In this document: positions 1 to 6,560 of the stretch, one piece after another | How the letters are laid out: each line of letters begins with the position of its first letter | How positions within the stretch are numbered: position 1 is the first letter of the stretch | DNA from: Candidatus Methylomirabilota bacterium | GTDB taxonomy: Bacteria; Methylomirabilota; Methylomirabilia; Rokubacteriales; CSP1-6 | DNA: 10,843 nucleotides | Assembly (NCBI GenBank): GCA_046726415.1 | Contig: JBKPAK010000049.1 | Coordinates: forward strand, 1-10,843 | Reading direction: 5' to 3' | Translations under genes and position numbers: made by a program | The notes under the pieces: generated by a model | Database searches by the model: none | Told to the model about the DNA's origin: nothing | Seen by the model: only the letters and a program-made list of their open reading frames with translations

Positions 1-281
1 CACACGTGCAGCCGCTCGCGCTCGTGGTGCACATCGTCGGCCAGCGCGGCGGCTTGACGACCCGAAGCCGTGGCCAGGTCGGCTCTTCCCATACGCCAGG
101 CGATATACGCCTTCGTGCAGTGCACGAGCGCGAAGTGCGGATCACATTGCGCGGCGGCATCCAGGGCTTCCAGCGCCCCGGTGCGCCAGCGCAGAAACAG
201 GTCGACGCCGCGTTCGTACGCCGCCAGTGCATCGGATGACGCCGTCGACACGGCGAGCCCCTTGAGGTCCGTGCACGTCAT
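1..281 (-). CDS. Tetratricopeptide-repeat protein, TTC38-like (5' part only; runs off the window edge)
   Basis: Not in the ORF track; translated by hand from ATG at 281: MTCTDLKGLAVSTASSDALAAYERGVDLFLRWRTGALEALDAAAQCDPHFALVHCTKAYIAWRMGRADLATASGRQAAALADDVHHERERLHV. It is open to the edge, has an SD-like GGAGGG just upstream, and starts 16 nt after the upstream stop. The 'D..GL.VST...A...Y', 'DP.FAL' and 'ERER.HV' pattern resembles bacterial TTC38-like N-termini. Confidence 0.75.
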   Translation of the reverse strand, partial: MTCTDLKGLAVSTASSDALAAYERGVDLFLRWRTGALEALDAAAQCDPHFALVHCTKAYIAWRMGRADLATASGRQAAALADDVHHERERLHV

Positions 282-297
282 CTCGCCCTCCGTCCGT

Positions 298-1497
298 CTA
301 TCCGTGCAGGCGCGGGCACAGGCGCAGCGCGTTCTCGGCGAGCATCTTCCTCTTGGCGCTCTCCGTGAGCCCGGGGCGCTTCACCACCTGCTCGACGCTC
401 TCCGGCCACGCGGTGTCGCCGTGCGGCCAGTCCGTGGCGAAGAGCCACAGATCCTCCCCGAGCTCCTGCACGCAGAATTCCAGCGAGCGCTCCCAGGTGT
501 CGATGGCGTGGAAATAGCGCCCCTCGGCGAGGACCTCGCGCGGCAGGCGCTTGAGGTTGGGGACGTGACCCGGGGACATGAGGTAGTGCGTATCCAGGCG
601 ATCGAGCGCGAGAGGCAGCCAGCCACCTCCGGTTTCGATGATGGCCACCCTCAACGTCGGAAACATCTCGAAAATGCCCCCGCCCACGAGCGCCCCCAGA
701 GCGGTCATGCCCGCCCACGGGTTGGCGAAGCTGTGGAGGAGGAACCAGGCGCCGTCCAGATCGAATGTGCCCGGCCCGTAGGGCGGCCGTGCCGTCCCGC
801 CGTGCGCAAGCAGCGGCAGGTCGAACTCCTGGGCCACTTCGTAGAGGGGATAGAGGTCAGGGTTGTCGAGCAGCTTTCCCTCGGGCGCCTGCGGCGAGAT
901 GTAGATGCCCACCAGGTTCGGATCGCGGTTCGCCCAGTGGCGGACCTCGGCGACGCCGCCCGGCACGTCGCGCATGTTGGCCACCAAGGTCCACTTGAGC
1001 CGGCGCGGTGCCTGGCCGCAAAAATCGGCGACCCAGCGGTGATAGGCGCGGTAGAGCGCGTTCTCGAAGCCCACGTCGCGCAGCGCGCAGTAGCTCGACA
1101 CGTGCGTGGGGTAGAGGACGTTGACGTCCACCTGCGCCCGGTCCATATCCTCGAGCCTGGCCTTGACGTCCCAGCTCACTTCGCCGCGAATCGGCGGGAG
1201 GGCATCTGCCCGGCCGGGCGGGAATGCCCCGCGGCCCCCTTCCATGTTCGACCGCTTGGTGAGCCCGAAAGTGTCGCGGCGGCCGAGGGGGCGCCCGGTC
1301 TCGATCGGCTCCACGATCGAGGTCCGGCTGCCGAAGAGGGAGTACGCGTTGCCCGCTTCGGCCTGCCTGGTCACGGCGGCGCAGAGCTCCCGATAGGCAC
1401 CGTGGTAGGCGGGATCGAGGTAGTCGCCATAGAAGCGATCGGCCCGCTCCACGATGTGGGAGTCGAGATCGATCACCGGGGTGCCGTTCCAGCTCAT
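298..1497 (-). CDS. Amidohydrolase_2 family metal-dependent TIM-barrel enzyme (decarboxylase/hydratase/hydrolase-like), 399 aa
   Basis: Start reassigned to ATG 1497 (MSWNGTPVIDLDSHIVE), with SD GAAGGAGG upstream. Family motifs: DxDxH, RLEDMD..VD..VLYPT, AYHRW..DFC, LLAHG, IETGGGW, FATDWPH.D, KMLAENA.RL. Confidence 0.92.
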   Translation of the reverse strand: MSWNGTPVIDLDSHIVERADRFYGDYLDPAYHGAYRELCAAVTRQAEAGNAYSLFGSRTSIVEPIETGRPLGRRDTFGLTKRSNMEGGRGAFPPGRADALPPIRGEVSWDVKARLEDMDRAQVDVNVLYPTHVSSYCALRDVGFENALYRAYHRWVADFCGQAPRRLKWTLVANMRDVPGGVAEVRHWANRDPNLVGIYISPQAPEGKLLDNPDLYPLYEVAQEFDLPLLAHGGTARPPYGPGTFDLDGAWFLLHSFANPWAGMTALGALVGGGIFEMFPTLRVAIIETGGGWLPLALDRLDTHYLMSPGHVPNLKRLPREVLAEGRYFHAIDTWERSLEFCVQELGEDLWLFATDWPHGDTAWPESVEQVVKRPGLTESAKRKMLAENALRLCPRLHG

Positions 1498-1511
1498 TTC
1501 CGCCCTCCTTC

Positions 1512-1539
1512 GTGGCCGGCCCGCGCCGTCGCCGGCCAC
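1512..1539. repeat. Perfect 9-bp inverted repeat (GTGGCCGGC-N10-GCCGGCCAC) between the two amidohydrolase genes
   Basis: Read directly: arms at 1512-1520 and 1531-1539. No U-tract. Confidence 0.7.
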
Positions 1540-1552
1540 CTCCTCATCGCCA

Positions 1553-2758
1553 TCAGCGGCCGGCGTTCCTCGCTGCCGCGGTGGCGGCCGCCTTCGCGAA
1601 ATCGGCGTCGGTGAACCCGTAGAGGTGCGCGCCTCCCATGAAGATGTGCGCCGCGATCTCGCGGGGGACGTTCTTCAGGAGGTTTGTGGACACGTGGGGG
1701 AAGTTCGAGTCGAAGTGCGGATAGTCGGTCGAGATGCACATGCGGTCGGCACCGATGAGACCGGCCGTGGCCTCGATCTCCGGCTCGCTGCCCTCCACCG
1801 CCGCCCAGCAGTTGCGCCGGAAGTACTCCTTGGGGGTCAGCGCGAGGTAGGGCGCGTGGCTGTCGCGGTACTGCGGGTAGTCCCACTCGATGCGCGAGAG
1901 CAAGCCAGGAGCCCACGAGTTCTGGGCCTCCAGGAAGCCGACGCGCAGCGTGGGATAGAATTCGAAGACACCGCCGATGATCATGGCGATCAGCGCCTGC
2001 TGCATCTCGATCCAGTGGCTCGCCACGTGGCGGTAGAAGCGGTTCTCTCCGTACAGTTCGTTCATGCGCGAGTACCAGGCGCCCGTGCCCTCGTGGAAGC
2101 CCCACGTCACGTCCAGCTCTTCGTGCAGGGTATAGAGCGGGTCCCAGTAGTTCGAGTGCCAGAAGTGGCCGTTCACCAGGTTGGGGCGCACGAAGGACCC
2201 GACGGCTCCCAGCTCACGCACGCAGCGCAGCAACTCCCGGCAGGCCAGGTGGACGTCGTGCACGGGCAGCATGGCGACGAACTTGAGCTGGTCGGGGCTG
2301 TGCTGGCAGAACTCGGCGATCCAGTTGTTGTAGGCCTGGCAGAGGGCGAGGGACAGCCACGGGTCGAGTTTATCGCGGGCGATGAGGCTGAGGCCTGTGG
2401 TGGGGAAGAGCACGGCGATGTCCACGCCCTCCATCTCCATGCCCATCACCTGCGCCACCGGGTCGTAGTCGCGCTCGATGGCGAAGTCCAGCCTCCCGGT
2501 GTCAGCCAGCCGGGAACCCGACAGCGGCTGGCTGCTGTGCGTCGAGCCCGGCCGCGAGCGCTTGCGGTACTGCTGCAGCTCGGCGTCCCGGCTGGTCGGT
2601 AGGCCGTCGATGACGATGGTGCCGCGGCGCGGCCGGCCGTCCTTGCCGAGCGGGAGGATGACCCGCTCTTTGAACCGCGGGTCTAAGTACCGCTGGAACA
2701 GGTCGGGCGGTTCCATGATGTGCATGTCGCAGTCCACGAACTTAAGCCCGTCTTTCAT
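1553..2758 (-). CDS. Amidohydrolase_2 family protein, 401 aa
   Basis: Start reassigned to ATG 2758 (MKDGLKFVDCDMHIMEPPDL), with SD GGAGG 5 nt upstream. Motifs: DxDxH, MEMEGVDIAVLFPT, AYNNWIAEFC, GFHEG, FLEAQNSW, STDYPH.D. The upstream 210 codons of the 611-aa track ORF are intergenic or antisense sequence. Confidence 0.92.
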   Translation of the reverse strand: MKDGLKFVDCDMHIMEPPDLFQRYLDPRFKERVILPLGKDGRPRRGTIVIDGLPTSRDAELQQYRKRSRPGSTHSSQPLSGSRLADTGRLDFAIERDYDPVAQVMGMEMEGVDIAVLFPTTGLSLIARDKLDPWLSLALCQAYNNWIAEFCQHSPDQLKFVAMLPVHDVHLACRELLRCVRELGAVGSFVRPNLVNGHFWHSNYWDPLYTLHEELDVTWGFHEGTGAWYSRMNELYGENRFYRHVASHWIEMQQALIAMIIGGVFEFYPTLRVGFLEAQNSWAPGLLSRIEWDYPQYRDSHAPYLALTPKEYFRRNCWAAVEGSEPEIEATAGLIGADRMCISTDYPHFDSNFPHVSTNLLKNVPREIAAHIFMGGAHLYGFTDADFAKAAATAAARNAGR

Positions 2759-2836
2759 CACGCCCTCCGTGTCGCGGGAACCAGGTGGGACATGGTCGCC
2801 GGTTTGGTGCGGCCGGTGCCCATCCTTAGCGTTCGC

Positions 2837-2865
2837 AGTGTAGTTCCGCTTCTCGACCCGGTAAA
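2837..2865 (-). promoter_or_regulatory. Putative sigma70-type promoter for the amidohydrolase operon (TTTACC-N17-TACACT)
   Basis: Minus-strand -35 TTTACC (2860-2865), 17-nt spacer, -10 TACACT (2837-2842), about 80 nt upstream of ATG 2758. Confidence 0.5.
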
Positions 2866-2932
2866 GGGCCGCGCTGCCGATCGACCGGGCCGGTTCCGGA
2901 CCTCCGGTGAAGGCGAGGTCGGCCACTCGGCA

Positions 2933-2941
2933 TGCTACCCT
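2933..2941 (+). promoter_or_regulatory. Putative extended -10 promoter (TGcTACCCT) for the PrdB-like gene
   Basis: TGn-TACCCT lies just upstream of SD GGAGGAG (2951-2957) and ATG 2966. Confidence 0.4.
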
Positions 2942-2965
2942 GCCGGCCTGGGAGGAGACACGCCA

Positions 2966-3346
2966 ATGCCCCGACTCGACCGGCTGCCCCAGATCAACCG
3001 CAACAACCTCCTGACGTTCCCCGCCCAGGTCAACGACGGAGCGCCCTTCGTGGCGCCGACGAAGCCGCTCGCCGAATGCCGGCTGGCGATCGTCACCACA
3101 GCCGGGCTGCACCGGCGAGGGGGCCGGCTGTTCGGGCCTGGCGACCAGACGTATCGCGTGATCCCCTCGGCCACCCCGACAGTCGACATCGTCCAGAGCC
3201 ACACCAGTCTCGGCTTCGACCGCACGGCGATCATGCGCGACCTCAACATCTCCTTTCCCATCGACCGGGTGCGGGAGCTCGTGGCGCGGGGTGAGCTGGG
3301 CGGGCTGGCGCCCCACTTCTACTCCTTCATGGGCGCGCAACGCGAC
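2966..3346 (+). pseudogene. 5' fragment of a glycine/sarcosine/betaine/D-proline reductase selenoprotein B family (PrdB/GrdB-like) gene, 3'-truncated
   Basis: Strong SD plus ATG 2966. MPRLDRLP...KPLAECRLAIVTTAGLH...GDQTYRVIP...SHTSLGFDRT...DLNISFPIDRVREL...GELGGLAPHFYSFMGAQRD carries the family motifs (ALVTTAG.H, GD.SYR.IP, D.N..FP.DRL.EL, YSFMG). After codon ~127 the frame reads as non-family sequence until TGA 3590-3592, and the expected C-terminal Sec/Cys region is absent. Confidence 0.82.
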
Positions 3347-3730
3347 GCTTGGCCTCCTCGTGGGTGTCGGGCTCGGCCTACCGCACAACTACCTCCTGCA
3401 GGTGCGCGGTCGGAGAACAGGGCGCGTTTATTCGACGCCGGTCAACGTGCTGGACTTGACCGGCAAGCGCTACCTCGTTGCCCCGCGAGGCCGCACCCAA
3501 TGGGTTCGAAATGCCGAGGTCACGGGGGACGTCGCCCTCAAGAAGGGGTGGAGCAGCCAGCGATTCCGCGTCCGCCCTGTGCCCAGCGGTGAGAGCCGGC
3601 GATCCTGAGCGCCTATCGCGACCGCTTCCGGCCGACGGTTCAGCGCTACTTTCCCGTGCCCCCGGGCTCCGGGCCCTTCGCGAAGCTCGTCGACCGCTAT
3701 CCCGTCTTCGAGGTGCTTCCGTCAGGGTAA
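3339..3730 (+). pseudogene. Nitroreductase-like deazaflavin-dependent oxidoreductase (DDN/F420H2_quin_red-like), 5'-truncated with a 1-nt frameshift at ~3594
   Basis: The first frame reads NATLGLLVGVGLGLPHNYLLQVRGRRTGRVYSTPVNVLDLTGKRYLVAPRGRTQWVRNAEVTGDVALKKG...PSGE (the GR.TG...TP and WVRN motifs of the family). The protein continues in a shifted frame from 3596: PAILSAYRDRFRPTVQRYFPVPPGSGPFAKLVDRYPVFEVLPSG, ending at TAA 3728-3730 (typical terminal YPVF). It has no start codon or SD of its own. Confidence 0.8.
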
Positions 3731-3787
3731 GGGATCGGGGGTGGGCTCGGCGGCCGCGCCTCGGTCCCGGTGTCAGGGGAGGGCAGC

Positions 3788-4198
3788 ATGCGGCTCAAGC
3801 GTTCGGTGGCTCGACTGGTCATGTGGGAGCGGGTGTGTCGGGTAGCCACGGTGGGCACGCGAGGCGTGCCGCACCTGGTTCCGGTCTGCCACGTCATGGT
3901 GGACGGCAAGGTGTACTTCGCGTCGGGGGACGACGGACGGAAAGTTCTCAACATCAGGGAGAACCCTCGGGTGGCGGTGACCGTCGACCTCTACTCCGAG
4001 GACTGGGCGAATCTCAAAGGAGTGATGATCCAGGGCGCGGCGCGGCTCATCGAGCGGGGTCCGCGCTTCCGTCGGATCCGCCGGCTGCTCTACGACAAAT
4101 ACCTGCAGTACGCGAGCGAGGCGGCCCTCGACGAATCGGATTCGATGATCGTCGAGGTCGTTCCCGACCGTGTCTTCACCTGGGGACTCGACGAGTAG
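3788..4198 (+). CDS. Pyridoxamine 5'-phosphate oxidase-like (split beta-barrel FMN/F420-binding) protein, 136 aa
   Basis: SD GGGGAGG before ATG 3788. Motifs RVATV...G.PHLVPV, RKVLNIRENPRVAVTVD.Y.EDW, GVMIQG.A, KY.QY, V.P.RVFTWG. Confidence 0.88.
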   Translation: MRLKRSVARLVMWERVCRVATVGTRGVPHLVPVCHVMVDGKVYFASGDDGRKVLNIRENPRVAVTVDLYSEDWANLKGVMIQGAARLIERGPRFRRIRRLLYDKYLQYASEAALDESDSMIVEVVPDRVFTWGLDE

Positions 4199-4225
4199 CG
4201 TTACGGACAAAGCGAGGAGAGCGCG

Positions 4226-6172
4226 ATGGCGACAGTGACCAGTGACCCGCGAGCCGGCACCGCCCACCCCCTCGATCCCCTCGACGCCGACGAGATCACC
4301 CGCGCCTGGGGGCTGATCCAGGCCGAGCAAGCGCCCGGCCCGCGCATGCGGGTGATCTCCATGGCCCTGCACGAGCCAGCCAAGGACCAGGTGCTCTCCT
4401 ACCGGTCTGGTGACCCGGTAGAGCGCCAGGCGTTCGCGATTCTCCTCGACAACGCCTCCCGGACGACCTACGAGGCCGTGGTCTCGCTGACCCGGAAACG
4501 CGTGCTCTCATGGACAGAGATTCCCGCCGTCCAGCCGTCGATTGTCGTCGATGAGTTCTTCGAGTGCGAGGCCGCCGTACGGGCCGATGCGCGCTGGCAG
4601 GAGGCCATGCGCAAGCGCGGGGTCACCGACTTCAGCCTGGCCATGGTCGACCCATGGTCGGCTGGCCACTACGGTTTTGCGGGCGAAGAGGGGAAGCGCC
4701 TGGTGCGGGCGCTGACATGGGTGCGACGGAATCCCACAGACAACGGCTACGCGCGACCCGTCGCCAACCTCCTCACCGTCGTCGACCTGAACGAGATGCA
4801 GGTCGTCGACGTCCAGGACTACGGCGTGGTGCCGCTGCCCTCCGAGGACGCCAACTACTCTTCGGACGTGGCCGGCCGGCGAACGGGCCTCAAGCCGCTT
4901 GAAATTCATCAGCCGCAGGGGCCGAGCTTCGAGGTGGCGGGCCATCGGCTCTCCTGGCAGAAGTGGTCGATGCGACTGGGTTTCACGCCGCGCGAAGGAC
5001 TGGTGCTCCACACGGTTGCCTATCGCGACCAGGGGCGCGACCGGCCGATCCTCTACCGAGCCTCCGTGGTCGACATGGTGGTTCCCTACGGCGATCCGCG
5101 GCCCACGTACTTCCATCGCAACGCCTTCGACATCGGCGAGTACGGCATCGGCTATCTCGCCAACTCGCTGGAGCTGGGCTGCGACTGTCTCGGCGAGATC
5201 CGCTATCTCGATGCCGTGGTGAGCGACAGCCACGGGGGCGCCGTCACCATTCCCAACGCCGTCTGCATTCACGAGGAAGACCACGGGATCCTGTGGAAGC
5301 ACCTCGATTGGCGCACCGGCTATAGCGAGGTGCGCAGATCACGCCGTTTGGTGGTCTCGTTCATCGCCACCGTAGGCAACTATGAGTACGGCTTCTACTG
5401 GTATTTCTACCAGGACGGCACCATCCAGCTGGAGGTGAAGCTCACCGGCATCATCTCCAATGGCACCGTCATGGCCGGCGAGAAGCCCCCGTGGGGCGCG
5501 TTGGTGACGCCCCAGGTTTACGGACCGATCCACCAGCACTTCTTCAATGTCCGTCTGGATATGATGGTGGAAGGCCTGGGGAACTCCGTCTACGAGGTGA
5601 ATACGGTGGCTGACCAGCCGGGGCCGCAGAATCCCCATCTCAACGCCTTCCGCACCCGGCCCACCTTGCTCGAGCGGGAGTCGGAGGCCCAGCGCATCAT
5701 CGATCCGCTGTGGGGACGTTACTGGACGATCGTCAATCCCTCGGTGCGGAACCGGCTGGGCGAGCCCGTCGGCTACAAGCTCGTGCCCGGCGAGAATGTC
5801 CTTCCCTTCGCGGCGCCAACCTCCCAGGTGATCAGGCGGGCCGGGTTCATGACCAAGCATCTCTGGGTGACCCGGTATGATCCGCGCGAGAAGTACGCGT
5901 CCGGCGATTATCCCAACCAGCACCCCGGTGGGGCCGGGCTCCCGAGCTACGTCGAGGACGACGCGGCGCTCGAGAATACCGACGTCGTGGTGTGGTACAC
6001 CTTCGGCGCGCATCACGTCGTACGCCCGGAGGACTGGCCGGTGATGCCCGTGGCGTCCCTCGGCTTCATGCTGAAGCCGGTGGGATTCTTCGACAGCAAT
6101 CCCGCCCTGGACGTTCCACCGCCGATGAAGCACGCGAGCAACCGCCACCCCTCGTCGTGCCATCCCGGCTGA
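4226..6172 (+). CDS. tynA: Copper-containing primary-amine oxidase (TPQ cofactor, EC 1.4.3.21), Arthrobacter AGAO-like architecture, 648 aa
   Basis: SD GAGGAG; N-terminal HPLDPL; catalytic Asp in AFDIGEYG; LGCDCLG; TPQ consensus TVGNYEY (Tyr codon 5381-5383, Tyr386); Cu ligands in HQH and H.VRPEDWPVMP; GFFD.NP. No signal peptide seen. Confidence 0.96.
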   Translation: MATVTSDPRAGTAHPLDPLDADEITRAWGLIQAEQAPGPRMRVISMALHEPAKDQVLSYRSGDPVERQAFAILLDNASRTTYEAVVSLTRKRVLSWTEIPAVQPSIVVDEFFECEAAVRADARWQEAMRKRGVTDFSLAMVDPWSAGHYGFAGEEGKRLVRALTWVRRNPTDNGYARPVANLLTVVDLNEMQVVDVQDYGVVPLPSEDANYSSDVAGRRTGLKPLEIHQPQGPSFEVAGHRLSWQKWSMRLGFTPREGLVLHTVAYRDQGRDRPILYRASVVDMVVPYGDPRPTYFHRNAFDIGEYGIGYLANSLELGCDCLGEIRYLDAVVSDSHGGAVTIPNAVCIHEEDHGILWKHLDWRTGYSEVRRSRRLVVSFIATVGNYEYGFYWYFYQDGTIQLEVKLTGIISNGTVMAGEKPPWGALVTPQVYGPIHQHFFNVRLDMMVEGLGNSVYEVNTVADQPGPQNPHLNAFRTRPTLLERESEAQRIIDPLWGRYWTIVNPSVRNRLGEPVGYKLVPGENVLPFAAPTSQVIRRAGFMTKHLWVTRYDPREKYASGDYPNQHPGGAGLPSYVEDDAALENTDVVVWYTFGAHHVVRPEDWPVMPVASLGFMLKPVGFFDSNPALDVPPPMKHASNRHPSSCHPG

Positions 6173-6205
6173 GATTCACCGCGGAGCGTGCTGGGCTTGA
6201 GGCGA

Positions 6206-6234
6206 CCCCGCGCTGGCGCTACGCCAGCGTGGGG
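6206..6234. repeat. 13-bp GC-rich hairpin downstream of the amine oxidase (terminator-like or REP-like)
   Basis: CCCCGCGCTGGCG-CTA-CGCCAGCGTGGGG with one G-U pair, 33 nt after the stop codon. It has no U-tract, so it is not a canonical intrinsic terminator. Confidence 0.65.
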
Positions 6235-6303
6235 ACTGGGAAGCGTCTCGCCGAGACAACCGCGTGAGAGAGTCCCCCCGCACCTTGACATGGGCGACGG
6301 CCG

Positions 6304-6437
6304 GCGGCGAAGGAGTGGGAAAAGGTCACCGAACGCCGGGGCCGGGACAAGCAGCGAGCGGCATGGGGCGAGAAGCTCGACGAGATGAAGCAGCTCGGGA
6401 TCGAGTACCACCCGACTGGGCGGGCAAGGCCAAGTAG
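6304..6437 (+). pseudogene. Orphan 3' gene remnant resembling the C-terminal helix of an ABC-type extracellular solute-binding protein
   Basis: AAKEWEKVTERRGRDKQRAAWGEKLDEMKQLGIEYH(P), a probable 1-nt deletion at ~6412, then DWAGKAK-TAG (6435-6437). Codons are strongly coding-like. There is an in-frame stop at 6286-6288 and no start in front. The family assignment comes from recalled 'A.EW..IT...GR..Q' C-termini and is unverified. Confidence 0.5.
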
Positions 6438-6477
6438 CGCGGAGCCATTCGCAGCTCAGTCGGCCCGCGCGATATCG

Positions 6478-6546
6478 AGGGGCGCCACGGCTTCGCCGGG
6501 GCGTCCCGAGCGTTGGGGGGGTGGGGGGCCGTCGCGGCCCCCCATC
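6478..6546. repeat. Double-hairpin REP/MITE-like element between convergent transcription units
   Basis: Hairpin 1: GGCGCC-A-CGGC-TTC-GCCG-G-GGCGTC (6481-6505). Hairpin 2: GGTGGGGGGCCG-TCG-CGGCCCCCCATC (6520-6546), preceded by a G-run. It ends 14 nt from the stop of the convergent lipoprotein gene. Confidence 0.6.
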
Positions 6547-6560
6547 TCATATGGTTCAGC

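Noticed and set aside
70..2602. Long plus-strand ORFs 70..1614 (514 aa) and 1454..2602 (382 aa)
   Set aside because: They are antisense shadows of the two amidohydrolase genes. Such ORFs are common in high-GC DNA, and these have no recognisable motifs.
2871..2925. Minus-strand AGGTCCGGAA...GGCAGC, superficially like the SRP RNA domain IV motif
   Set aside because: It lacks the contiguous CAGGTCCGGAAGGAAGCAGC core and the long enclosing stem.
2759..3388. N-terminal 210-aa extension of the 611-aa ORF (1553..3388)
   Set aside because: It overlaps the PrdB-like gene on the opposite strand and the promoter region. The family N-terminus and SD point to ATG 2758.
3590..3592. TGA ending the PrdB-like ORF as a possible selenocysteine codon
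   Set aside because: It lies ~80 codons beyond the end of family similarity, in an off-frame reading of the DDN-like sequence, without the expected Sec motif context.
3338..3600. Programmed ribosomal frameshifting to make a PrdB-DDN fusion protein
   Set aside because: It would need two shifts, neither site has a slippery X XXY YYZ heptamer, and both parts lack essential termini.
4508..6163. Minus-strand ORFs 4508..5302 and 5339..6163 and other overlapping short ORFs
   Set aside because: They are antisense or alternative-frame shadows of the amine oxidase.
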